64,000 nucleotides of DNA from NCBI GenBank assembly GCA_002633005.1, contig NMRA01000178.1, forward strand, positions 348,062 through 412,061, given 5' to 3'. Below are positions 48,318 to 61,700 of this stretch, piece by piece. How positions within the stretch are numbered: the stretch's first letter is position 1; the number at the start of each line of letters is the position of its first letter. Below the pieces are notes generated by a model. It did not search any database. It worked only from the letters and a program-made list of their open reading frames with translations, and had not been told where the DNA came from. Made by a program: the position numbers and the translations under genes. The DNA comes from Phoronis australis. Lineage: Eukaryota; Animalia; Phoronida.

Positions 48318-50462
48318 CAAGAACACTTATATTTAACTACAGTAAGCTTACAAAGAACACTTATATTTTACTACGAACACTTACATTTTACTACAGTAAT
48401 CTTACACAGAATCTCTACCTCTATCTCTCTTGAAACACTTCACACTCGAAGTCGAGAACTCTGAAGTTATAATTTACTACAATAACCTTACTAAGAACAC
48501 TTACATTTTACTATAGTAACCTTACTAAGAACACTTACGTTTTACTACAGTAACCTTACTAAGAACATGTACAGTTCACTCAGTACAATAACCTTACTAA
48601 GAACATTTACATTTTACTACAATAACCTTGCTACGAACATTTACATTTTAATACAATGACCTTACTAAGAACACTTACATTTTACTACAACAAACTTATT
48701 AAAGGAGCATGCCACCCAAAAAACAATCTAATTTGTATCAGTTTAGATCGAGTAGTTCTACTCCACAACGACACGTACGGTTGCGTTACCTGACACCTGA
48801 CGGCAGACGGAGGAGTTGAAATTATCTATCGGTTTCACACGCAGTCTGTTCAGCAGTTTACAACACGGGTTACTGGTGTCAGCTTATCGCTTGAAGTCAT
48901 TGTTTAATACATTACCAATAAATCATCAAACTTCGATGTAAAACCCTAAAAAATACACCGAATTCTTATAAAAACGTGTTGTTTTATTTCGCTCTTACGG
49001 ATTTATTGGTATTTGGACACACTGTCGCCTACAAAGTTTGGCAGGCTAATAAGGTCCGTAGCAGGAGTTTGGGGTCTGTTCGGAGATAATTTCGAAGTAT
49101 TTTCCGTGAGATACAGACAGGAGAACCTAGATCTGTGTTGTTTAGAATTGTGATTTTTTGAGTTCTAAACACAAAACGCTTGTTATCCTCGCCAGTGGCT
49201 CGGAGCCCGATCAGGCCCGTCGCGGCCGGCCGGATTGACTTGGGTTATCCCGGCCAGTAGCTCGGAAACTGATCAGACATCACGAACATAAACCAGCCAA
49301 ACTTTAGTGGAAACTAAACTTCGAGTAAAGAAAATACTATACTAGTGAGCCAAAGTAATGTGCACGTGATTATGTTGGTGAATTAGCCACGAAACTGCAA
49401 ATCTACTTACTCGTCGGGGCCGCGATTCACTCGGGTTCCGCTTTGGCCACAGCACCGTCAGGGCAGAAGTTACATTAACAATCATTATTTGAGTAATGTG
49501 AACGTAAATAAAGATTCCCCTAACACCTAGCCGTGGGATGGAAATCGAGTTGTTTCACAACAGTTTCTGCCAGCAAACACTGAAGTAGCATGAGCTCACA
49601 CGGCCTCGGTGTCCTGTCAATTAGTTTTATTACACCTAAAGCCGGTAACGCAGTGATTTAATCATTGCTGGCTTCTCAAAACAATTGCACTCACTCCAAA
49701 AGCATTACAAATTGCATCTAATGAGACAGACCGGTTGCAGTTGGTTAGGGTGAGAATAATTCATTTTGAAACAGAACGCGCAGTAATAAACGCCAACATG
49801 GCAACTCGCAATCCCGACTTAGGACAAGCTAGAGCTCATCAGTCCCGACTTCGCAGGTGGGTCGTTAAGTTTTACAGGCTATCAATTCGAACAGGAATAC
49901 AGTGATGAAGAAATACTAGAGGCGCCGTGAACAAGCTCAGACAACGGAACGTATGGAGTTATTTGGTAAGTCGCATTCGTCAGGCACTGTCGACTGCAGG
50001 CCACAGACACGGAGATGTTTCACGGCCTCATACTTGCTATTTACAGCGTACATTTCATTCTTCACTTCCATAAGCCACTTCCTAAGCAAAGTAAAAAAAG
50101 ATATACCCGCCTTCCTCGTAGCTGCTTAGTTCGGACAAGCGGGAACGATGCACCGCAACGTAGCGGCATTCACTCTGCATATGAACCACTGACGTCGCTA
50201 GCGTCTTTTCTCACCTTCCTCACAGGTTAACGCGACACCTCTTGGCAAGATAAGGTCGACCGTATGCGAGGCGATGTGGATATACACCGATTAAGACGGC
50301 AAAAAGACTAATTAAATCGGGTGGCATTCTCCTTTAAGAACACTTACATTTTAGTCCAATAACCTTACTAAGAACACTTACATTTTACTACAGTAACCTT
50401 ACTAAGATCATTTATATTTTAGTACGGTAATCTTACGAAGAGTACTTACATTTTACTACAGT
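48318..50462 (+). repeat. 34-bp minisatellite (AAGAACACTTACATTTTACTACAGTAACCTTACT) interrupted by Kolobok copy 3
   Basis: Units at ~48318-48698 and 50338-50462, in register across the insertion. Confidence 0.9.
48703..50333 (-). mobile_element. Non-autonomous Kolobok transposon, copy 3 (reverse orientation)
   Basis: TTAA at 48699-48702 and 50334-50337; AGGAGCATGCCACCC / GGGTGGCATTCTCCT TIRs; reverse complement of copy 1 along its length. Confidence 0.9.
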
Positions 50463-52256
50463 TCCATGCAACCTGTCCAGATACAAGACGTTTTTTTTCT
50501 AAATTCGGAGTTAAACCTGAATACTTCGTGAACTGGTAAAGTGGGCCAAGTTTGTGAGCTCTTGACAGTCAGGGATTCTACGACATAATTAAGCCTCCTC
50601 CTAAACACTGATTTGAAATCACTAGGTTGCCTAAAGTTTGGAAACTACTTCTATAAAAGTGTGCTACCAAACTAAAAATACCTGTTAAAATGAACTGTTT
50701 GATTTGATTTTTGAAATCTCGAAAAAATAATATCTAGAGNACTTTTTCAAAACGAGAAAAAATCAAAAACGGAAAAAATTGGTTCGACTCATATTGGTTC
50801 CTAGGTTCGACCGCCCTACGTAAGGAACACCAATGCTATTTTAACATAATAAGTACTCGTAACATTCCAAAAAAATTCAACGACCACTAACTACAAACTA
50901 CAAATACACTAAATATGCAAAGGAATCACGAGATATTACTAATAAAACAAAATAATGAAGACTTTTCGAGCAAGCCATAGCACATTCAGTTACAAGGAAA
51001 AAATGGCGGCGTTCAGGACAAGTTCCTGAACTGATGAGCCGGAAATGTGGGTATGGAAATAACCGATGACAGCCGGTAATTATACGCTCACAGAGAAGGG
51101 ACAAATACTGTTAAAAATCGCTTTTGGTAAGAAAGGCGTAAAGAATATAAAGAAAGGGTGTCGAAAATAAGATTTTATGTAGTATGTATTTTCCGATACT
51201 GGAACCACATGGGCAGTTTGAGAGCAGGACTTTAAGGTTAGTAGAAACAAATGATATGAAACGGACGTTTGTTATATCTCTGAATTACTGGAAGTGAATG
51301 GTTAGTTGTTACTTTTTCATAGTTTTTATAAAAAGTTAAATTTTAGACCAATGTTTTTAAATTTCATAGGCAGCTCAGGGAAGCTGTTTTTCACAAATGG
51401 AAAACTTAGCACCATGTCATTTCTTGTATTACTTGCAGATACAAAGGGGCAAATAATTTACAGTATATGCATGTAATTGTTTTGTGTTTCATAAAATTTC
51501 TAGGCTCAGTTCTGAGATGAACTTGCTACACATGATACTAATGATAGATGCTGTAGCTATAGTCCAATTGAGACGAACAGCTCAGCTAGCGGCTTCTCGT
51601 CTGCGCTCGCCTTAACAAACAGACCCACAATGACGTAACCGAGCTTCGTCAATTTGTGATTATCGGTGTTTACTCATTTGATAAATGTTTAACCCATTTT
51701 GTAAAAGGGGTTAATTGTCACTTATGCAATGTTACCCGGCACACTGTTTGACGAACATTACTTCATGCGAGTTTGATCAGGTTCGATTTCGATATTTGAT
51801 GCTGTTTTAACTAGTTCAAATGACATCAACCGACATAGATGGCGTATGAACAAATGAGATCATTCTATTTTTTCAATTTATTTGATTGTCGACTGAAACA
51901 TTTTTCACACACATCTGCGAATCCATTTTATGCGAGAAGTTCCTTAAATCCATGATTCGTGAGATTCTATTCATTACAATCTTGGGGTTATTTCATTAAT
52001 ATGTTATAATTTTACCATGGTTTTTCATAGAATCTAAGCGACAGTGCAAACTTACATTGTTAGTGAGAACACGTGCAAACAAACATGGCGGCATACATGA
52101 GAGTCTGCGTTTTATAACAGACTATTAAACACAGAGCCCTGGACCATTTCTGGACGCGACGTAATTTTAAAATGTTCTGAACATCAACTACTTGTACGAC
52201 GATAACTCAGTGCTTGTGAATCTAAGTGACTTCAGTTGCGACAAATGTCGTATAGC

Positions 52257-52576
52257 TATCAATGGCCAAATGGGTAAACGTTTAGCACGTAAATTAAGCG
52301 CGTAAATTAATTCTTGTTTGTTAACGGCGTAAAGTAGTTATTTGTGGCGTAAAGTAACTATTAACGGCGTAAAGTGATTATTTGCTTGCGTAATTTACAC
52401 ACGTAAATTAATTATTTGCGTGCATAAATTACGCACGTAAATCAACTTTAATTTATGCCGCAAATAGTTACTTTACGCCGTTAAAAGTTAATTCATTCCG
52501 CAAATAATTAATTTACGCTACTAACAAGAATTAATTTAAGTTACGTGCGTAATGTTCACCCATTCGGCCAACGATA
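52257..52576. mobile_element. Palindromic MITE with cgtaaa(g/t)t subrepeats
   Basis: tatcaatggccaaatgggtaaacg... is inverted against ...tgttcacccattcggccaacgata. The halves mirror each other (ggcgtaaagt / actttacgcc). Confidence 0.75.
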
Positions 52577-52611
52577 TAAAGCTGGCTTAGACGGATAAAT
52601 CAAAATCTTAC

Positions 52612-52990
52612 CTCATTGTTCCTTGTTGGAATCTGCTTTTCAGAGACTAGACAAATGTCAGGCAATCAGGCTAATTGTTGTGTGTCTATTGTAAAGATGT
52701 CGCACAATATTCTCTTTGAGCGACTGTTGCATTTACTTCCCACAACCAATTGCAATCCAAATTCGCGCTTGTTGTGTTGGCTGGACATTTTGAGCTTTGT
52801 GCTGCGTGTAAAGGCAGCAAATGGCCATTGCTTCAATTTTGATTCAGTTCAGAATAAAAGAATGCTAGTTGTACTCCTTGACCCATGTTTTGGCCGGCTT
52901 TGGTTTTTCTTCAACCTGTACCAGCTGCTTGGGAAGTTGAAATTTATCATGAAATTCAAGCACCCTTCAGACACTTCAGATTTGTTCGAC
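52612..52990 (-). pseudogene. Possible degraded TTF-type zinc-finger exon of a hAT-like transposase
   Basis: Fragments KTWVKEYN*..FYSE...IC...GS...KENIVRHL across frameshifts, ending at a GAG|gtaag donor. Confidence 0.35.
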
Positions 52991-55650
52991 TAAGTGTTTT
53001 GGCAGTCTGAGTTCATTTTGGAATTAATTTTATTGGATTTAGTGAAAGGTTTTTTGAGTTTTTGTTCCATTAACAAATCATGTTTTCAGGTTTGTACACC
53101 CTGCGGAATACAGAGGTGGCGCTGGCTGTACCTGGTATTTTAAGTCATGATTTTGCGCTGTTTTTATCGTTTTAATTTGAGACAATTCTCGTTACCCTAA
53201 GCATTGATAAAAAGGTATCTAAGCAGGTCATACAAGGTCATTAAGTTAGCACCGCTCTCATTGGTCAATGAAAATCAATGTCACCTCGCTGGTTCCTTAC
53301 GTGCCTAGCCAGCCACCTAGCGGCACGCAGGGAACCAGCGAGCAATGTCGCATGCAGATAGCTACTTCCTGTATGCCTGCCTTGAAAGAAATTACTTGTG
53401 ATTGATAAGAGATTAGTTTAAACTGGCCATTATTTAAACTGTTAAATTAAATTCCAAGTGAATTCTACCTGAAATGTCATTGTTTAGTTCACCTTTGTAG
53501 CATTACTTATAAAACTGAATCTAGATTTATTCAAATCTGTGGTAATTGAAGGTCTCTTAAATAATCTCAGAAGATGCAATACGATTCGCAATGGGATTTG
53601 TCAGTAAACTTAAATTTTCTGATTTCGTTACTTTCGCAGATTGTTATTTAGTCTCATGAAACTTTTGTACATCACATGATTAGTTGTTACCGATGACACC
53701 TGAGTTCGAACGATTTTCCGTAACTACATGTAATAACGAGGTCAAACAGGCTTGCGCTTTCACAGATCGAGGCCAGAATTGGTTGAATAAAGTATTACAC
53801 AATTTATCAAAAAAGTCACCAGTATCACTAGTATCAGTTTACAACGTGGAAGAGTGAAAGTTCGCACAAAAACCAATCAATGAATCTCATGACCTTATTG
53901 ATGGGAATATGCAAATCCGCAGTGATGACAGCCCTTTACTGGATTATGCCATTGGCACTGGTCCTAATTATGCCACACCTTTCACAAAGCATAGGATGCA
54001 GTTGACAGGTTTATTTGCATAAGTTGCCATGCCTAGAATTTTTTGTTGGATTTGGGTAAAATTGAGGCATTGGTTTTGATGTACCAGCCAGCACTCTTTG
54101 TTTTTGCAAATCTAGAGCACTAGCTGTGCGCAGCAATAAAATTGTTATTTCAGTGACCGTGTACATGATTTGCACTGACAATCATTGTCGAATTAAGAAA
54201 ATTGTTCTACTGATTGTGATATATCTTTTAAATGAGCACTTTAAATTTCGGGGCGTACGCAATGTAGCATACGGCTGTTATCCCGAAATACCTTGCTACC
54301 AAGGCAACGGTTGACTTTAAGGTTGGCACACCCCCCATATGCTTTGAGCATGGTTGCTTGATTCTATTGTAACTGCCAAGAAGTCTGAAATTGGTGATCT
54401 AGTCGGCTAAAATGAATGATTACCATAGTAACGCTACCCAATTCAGCTTAGCAACCCCTCAAAGTTTTAACAAAGGGTCTCTCTAAGTGCTTAGGGCACT
54501 GTTTCTAACATGACTTTTTTTCAAAACTGAAATTGCTGGTTTTCGTTGGCAAAGCGAATACCTAGTAATTACCATGTCAGCTATGCAGATTTTAACTTAG
54601 CAACAAACGTCAGTTCCAAGGCAGGATCACTTTGAACTTGTTTGCTGAAGTTGCTTCTAAGATGAATTTGCCCCCAAACTTAAAATTGCTGATTTTGATT
54701 TGCACAAAAATGCGTGACTTCATCTATTACATTGCAACAACACCACCTCTCTGGTTTCTAGTACAAAGCCAACATTTTATATCACTGATAAAACTCGGCA
54801 CCGGTAAGTACCCGTCTAAATATACCGTCGCTTTAGTACGCTTCCAAGGTATTTGACCGGAGCCTGAGTGTGTATTGAATCGTCGTGGCAGAAACAGCTG
54901 CTACCGGGAAACGGTTTAAAAGCAATGCACACAAACGCACATTTATTGAAATAAAAGGAGATGTAAAACATATGACTGCACTCCACTACTGATTTATGTT
55001 TTGATTGTTTTTTCCTATGTACTTTACAGATCTTTTCAATCGTTTAATAATAAACATTCCTTGGTGTTGTTTCTAGTAATGTATACGACGCGTTTCCTAT
55101 AAAAGGCAGGCTTACCATCTCCCGATCGGCGGAAATCAAAACGTCGGAACTGAATTCAAGATGCTGAAACGATTTTCGCAATCATTTGTAAAGGTTGAAT
55201 GGTGCTTTCATGTGTTTTGAATCAACTCTATCGTTATGTCGAAGACAATATTATTAGCCATACTTGTGCGACTAGTGCAGTTTACAATGCGGTTCTAAAC
55301 CCTTCTTCCGCCACAAGGACAAATGGATCTACAAGACTCATCGTTATGAAATTTTGTCTCAATGTGTTTCTTAGTATGTGAAATTTTGAGTTAGAAAAGA
55401 ACTGACAGTTCGTTATTGCTTGAAACCAGGTTCTACAATTTGACTTGTCATAGCGTGGCATTTCGTTCGCTAAGCGTGCTCGACGAGAACGGAACTGACA
55501 GTAATTTACAAGACTAAAAACACTTCTTACTTGAATAAGGAACAAGTTGAGGCCGATTTAATAGTAGTAAATAGTCTCTACCAAAATTTAGTCTCTTCGG
55601 TGGAAAGCAAGTTTATTCCTTTTTTACTTTATAGGGATCGCCGATTCCTG

Positions 55651-55787
55651 GGTAGAGTTCAGTACCGCTAGGACCTACGCTAGGACCTCGCTAAAACCTA
55701 GCCAAAATCACGCGTTCTCATATAAAATACACGGCCATATCCCACGTAATCTCGCGAAGTCTTGCTTTTTAGTGACTGAACTCTACC
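55651..55787 (+). mobile_element. Short GGTAGAGTTCAG-TIR MITE with 3-bp TSD CTG
   Basis: ctg-GGTAGAGTTCAGT...ACTGAACTCTACC-ctg (TSD 55648-55650 and 55788-55790). Confidence 0.8.
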
Positions 55788-58700
55788 CTGACGTTGGCTT
55801 CCAGACACTTGATAGCACTGACGGAAATCGATGCCATTTTTTGTTTTTTGGAAGAAGCATAGAACGCAAACGCTCGTCAAAAATATATTTTAAACAATTC
55901 CTGACGAAAGTACTATTTCGCAACGTCTAGTACAGGTTGAATTCTGTTTCAGTGGCAGAGAGCCACTTTCAATATTGCAATTTAGTCTGTTATCGCGTCC
56001 CAGGCCTCATTAATCGAGAAAAACCAGTCTCCCAAGTATTCCAGTACAATCATATAGCGTTTACACTTTTAGATTTGTGACGTGTTAAAGTTATATATTA
56101 GTTGAATAACATAATGAGTTTAGATTGCCTCCAAACAATGTTTCCAACTTTACATATACACTCTAATGAAGCTATATCAACAACTAAACCCTTGTTACAT
56201 TATTCTGTTGTTGCTTGAAAAATCACACTGAACAGAAATAAACAATTATGGCAGGCAGGCACCTAGAGACTTAGAAACAGGAAACTGTGGCGATTTTCAC
56301 TTCTTAATCCCGGATGCCAGTGGTTTGAATTTTACATTCTCATAATCGTGTTCTCAGAAACGTATCTTAGTAATTTTTAATGAAAATCAATACGGTATAT
56401 GCCGCGTACAAGCGAGTACAACCATGTTCTGTGGGTTGGATGTCATTTAATTAAGTTGTATTATAATTCGCCTGGCAACACGAAACATTGCAGTTAACAA
56501 AATGCTGTGATCGATGTTCAATACATGTACCCACAAATCATGACATGCCCTTTGCAATGTTCAACTTCGGTCAATAAAAAATGCAATTTATTAGAAAAAC
56601 AAACCAACAAAAACGCGTGATATTTATTCGAGTTAATGTACTCTGTGGGCTGTTGGTTAAAAGAATAATTACATGAGTGTGAAGTGGTCAAATCCTCGTT
56701 TTCAAGTCATCGAGCTATTTTTCCTAAGACCCTCAGCAGGATTTCTCACATCTCCATCCCTATAATATCCTCTGGTCAATGAGTCTGCATCCAGTTTTAA
56801 CGAGAGCGAAACATCGGGACATATGTATTAAAAACAGGGGAACGATTCTAAAATAATAGCGAAGTGCTTAGAACGATAAGCGCCACCTGGGTACTGCGGA
56901 GTAATTACCGCCATGGTTATATAATATACAAAAAATGATTCGAGTAGAATTTAAGTAGAAGGTTCGTATCAAAAGGACATGATTTCGTCATCACTGATAA
57001 ACACAACTTGCAGCTCCTATTAACTCAGATCATCGACTCACGAACACTACTCAACAACCGACAAACGGTGCCGAGTTCACTATGAGGGAACGTGTTCATG
57101 AGTGCGGCAACAGTGCTGTTTTCCTCCGCTGCCTAGGACGTGCATTGTGTACTGCAGTAAATTTCGCCCCTGTTTTGTAGTCAATGTTGAATTCTAAACA
57201 AAAGCGCTTTGGGTTTTAAAAACATTGTGCTGAGCCGGCAACTCGTGCCGCAGGCAATGCGTAGACGTGTCATTCTCGAATTCACAGTTTCAGGGCTGAT
57301 CAACCCCAAAAAAACGTTTAAGCGTTTTTTTTTTGAGCAGTTGATGGTTTCAAGATCTATCGTTTTGAGGGTCATTGTGAGACTGATTTTATGAGCTAAA
57401 GTGGCTCAATTTATTTATCGTTTTTGGTATCCATATAAATAAGGAGGAAACGCAGTTGTAGATGCTAATTTGCTGTTCACACGCATTTGCCTTTAATTCC
57501 GTCGGCCGACAGCTTTTGCGAGATTGCATAAAGTTACGGGTTTACCTAAATCGGAAGCCTGTGACGTATCATCTGAGGTACGGGAAATACACAGTCCCAA
57601 ACGAAATAAGCTAGAGTTTGGCTAAGTCGAGAATGGAACCCCAGTCGCGGGTTGCATAAATTTGCTATAGGCTCTTGAAATCTATTCAATCATGACTGAA
57701 TCTTCCCAGTCTGATTTCATCTAACTATTGAATACTTCCCAAAGAGATGCTGCGATGTGTAAACGGATGGTGGCGTTTTCAACTGAATGTCGAGTCGTGA
57801 GAGCAGCAGAGATACAACATCTACTACAGGATTAAACCGACTTGATTATACGGAATTTCTTGCGATGCAGTCAGTTTCGTTCAGTTTATGCTTAAATCGG
57901 CAGGCCCTGGCGGCCGGCTTTTCGAATTTACTGAGGCTGACTAAAAACCTTGCCTTCGGTTTTAAAACACGAATACAATGCTTTCCAAGCAAATACTCGA
58001 AAAAGAATTCACCGCAACAAGGCCTAAGGTAGAGTACAACCACAAAGACATATTTGTCGTTTTCAGCGTCAAAGCTATATTTTACAATTTTAACAGCATG
58101 TGTTAAATGTAAAGAAACTTCAGAAATACATGAATTTCAAGCAAAACTAGTTGACAGTTGCGTTCTCACGTTTTACACAAATAAGCTGCTGTCAAATTAC
58201 TTTTTAATAAAACAAAACAATTTTAGTGATATCGTTGATCATTTTGCATCACCTAAAACTGTACTTATTTTTAGACTCACAGTGGGTGGTTTTGGATATC
58301 AACTTTTTGAACGTGTTTGGTTCAAGTATTAAGAGTTAAAAATAGCCTACACTCACGTAATCGTTTGGTAGACTTACTAATGCAACCAAGGCTACGAACC
58401 ATTTTAGTAAAATTCATCTCAGCCCTGTATAATACTACAACTGCAATTTTAAACACATTTTGCAAATGAAATCATTTCTTGAATGTTATAAACTTTTCTC
58501 GACGAGAAGCCCTTAATTGTGGATGCCACTGAAATGAATACTGGCTCCTAGTCGCGAAGGTCTACTTTAGTTGTACATGTCTTTCATAAAAATTGACGAC
58601 GAGTTGGAGGGTTGTCCTGATTGAGTTAACGTAAACATGTTGTGTAGCACGCGCACGCTTGATGCACAAGACGGAGTATCGGACCACCTGCGAACTACGC

Positions 58701-61700
58701 TGATATTGCATAAAACGACTGGCCTCGATGAACTGAGAAACACCTCTCTAAAAGACGCTAACATGAAATATAACAAGCTTGTCAAATCGAATTTAAAAAA
58801 GCCTTACCTCCGAAATATCAGATGGCGAGAATCAGCGTCATTACGGACTAAAGCAATCGAGAATACTGGTTAGTACATACGGATGTTAATCCCAGGCAAA
58901 TGGTTTATGAATTATACAGAAAAACAAATATAAACAGTTTTAAGTTTCGCCTCATGGGTTTTAAATGATTCTCAAAGGCCAATAAAACGGATACGATAGA
59001 AACAATCAAACTAATTAGTTTGGCAGTAAGTAAACAACCGATGACCTAAGTAGACAACCTGTCCGCTATCGACCCGACGTCACCGTGCAAAATAACAAGT
59101 TCTCATACTTGATCTTATTTTTTTTTCTAAATCTGTTTTAATGAGTAACCTTTGCCAAAAACATCCTCACCTCGCTGCCGCACATACCCCTGAATATCCA
59201 CCGCATGCATGTTACTTACATTAGTAGACTTTAACGAGCCGTGGAGAAAACCATAAACTTTCCCTTTGTAAAGGCGGTTGGTTTCACTAGCAATTCCGTT
59301 AATCCACGATGCTTCTTTAAACAATTATCACTCTAGATAATTAAACAGCAACTGTCATCTGTCTTATTGATCAACACGTTTATATTATATGCGCTCATGA
59401 ACGGGGTCAAAAACATATCGTCAGAGGTGAAACACACGCGAGAAGCATTTGATATGACCGTGCTCACTACGAAAGAGACCGATCATAACCGAATGCGATG
59501 ACGTCATGATGATGGTTTCGGGCAATACTCCGCAGCAGCTGAATTGACATGTCGCGGACGGAAATTGTTCTCCGAAACGACAGAGTACTGACAATGAACT
59601 TATTGACCGCCTGTCAACAACAGGAATTACGCGTTGTTGAGAGACTAATCGATTAGGTTTTTTCATCAACTTTTAACGGGACCGACTTTCAAAACTGCAC
59701 ACAAACATTCCGAAACTGAGATGTTTATGTTAATTTGATTGCAACGCCACACCGCTGCAGAAAGCCAAGATTTTGTGGATGGGGATGTTTTAGGACTACT
59801 AATCAACTAACTGGATGTAAGAAAACAAAGTTACACAATTCCAATACAACACGTCCAATTAATCTGCATAATCGACCAGAGAGCCAGCATAGAAATTCAA
59901 ATTGTAAATTAAATAGAAGACTATCCAGTAAGAACGTGCTATCAGCTTGTAATGCAGGTGAGGGGCATCTCGTAGACCCCTACGCGATACAAGCTTTGCC
60001 TGTGGTGGAACGCACGCCTGGGGCCGGTTTCATGAAAAAATAGTTAATTACACCCTTTACTTTTGAATTAAATATTTTTTTCTTAAAAGATGTAAGATAG
60101 AAAAATTGTCTACGTTAAGACCGAAGATGGTTCGCACTCATTCATTTGTATCCCTTTGCTGGCACCTGGGAGCAACTCCTCCTGAACTACCAGGAGCAAT
60201 CACTAAAATTATGTAGTCCATGGAGGTATGAAATGTTATAAGGAAAGGTAATTTGCCTTATTAAGAATTCAAACATGAAACAAAACCATGATGGCTTTTG
60301 GAGGGAGCTTCAAGAGAATGAAAGAAAAAACACTTAAAATATATTGATTAAAACACACATTCTCATTCTATTATAAGTGGATGTTAGTTTACGTATTTTA
60401 ACCATTTTCAACCACACAATAATTTTATTGCACGTCGAACGTCATTTAATTATGAATTTGTTAATGTTTACATGGTTCGGAGTGCGCCGTAAAATTAGTG
60501 GTGCTTATTCGCCGTTCGGGGGGCTAGTTTTTCTACCGCTAACCATTGCGGTGAATGGCAAGATGACAAAGTGAACTCTCTTATTCTATGTACACACCTT
60601 GGGGATAGTAACTACGCTTTCGCCACCAGTTGCGAATTCACAAATCTAGGCGAGGTGATGTGCGAAATCAGGTTCCAATAATATTTGGTCTTGAAACTCT
60701 AGTTGAGGATTTGTTTATGACAGTTTGGAAGCAACTGAGATCTCGTATATTTAAGAAGAAGGCCCAGGTTAACAATTTCACTAAAAATGTGCAGCTAAGT
60801 CGCTCTGCATTTTGTCTCTGTGGTGCTTGTTCTCGAATCGAAAGCAGTCCATCTTCAATTTGACTCTGTCTGGGACCATTAGATTGTAAAAATGAGAACT
60901 ATATTAACAAACCTTTTTCATCAACAGTTTACACTGATGGTTGTTGTAAACTGTTGTCAATTTACACAAAAAAATCCTTAGCAGGCTAAATTTTCGGTCG
61001 GTGTTAACTCAAGTCGACTGGACTTCTGTCTTTATTTTGATCTTAGAAATTTCATGAAACATAGGTGAGACAGACTAGTCTGAGGTTAGGCCGATTTCTT
61101 TCTAAGTTGAGATGAGAATGTTTCATGAAACAGGCCACGAGTAAATTTTGTCTAAGAAAATTTGTGTTTAGGACACGAACTTGCAGCTAAGTGGAACAAA
61201 TGGATTTACGCCACTAATTTGGTACCGCAGTGGCAATATTCAGCTGTCTGATTTCACGGTGTGGAAACAACACTATGACCAGACCACTAAATACAGTGGC
61301 GGCAACACAAAATCCTGTATAGAACCGTAAACATTAGAAACAAAAATGGTGCGCCATGTATCAGGAAACACACAAACTGAATCCGATGGACCAGAAACAA
61401 GTCGTCGTGCGCTCATGCAGATCAAATTCTCTGATCACTGACTCGTGAGACATGACCATCGGATGACGCCGCAGGATTTGATGTTGCAGTGCACTGGGCA
61501 GTCCATTTCAGTTAACAGTCCTGTACTGAATTTGTATACCCCGTAACTGTTATTTTAACTCAGAAAAAGAATATATTTTCTGAAAGTAGGAAACCATACG
61601 AATTTGAGTATGGGGTTTATACCAATCTGCCATTAAGTGGGTCACGTGACCACGTCTTTTTAGTAAAAATTAGCAAAAAGGAAGGTACGTTCATAGCAAA

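Noticed and set aside
48318-50462. CRISPR-like periodicity in the 34-bp and 40-bp arrays
   Set aside because: Head-to-tail degenerate units without unique spacers, no cas genes, eukaryotic context.
55898-55932. Second hammerhead-like motif (ctgacga...cgcaacgtc)
   Set aside because: The GAAA box reads GCAA and the stems are poor; cannot be supported.
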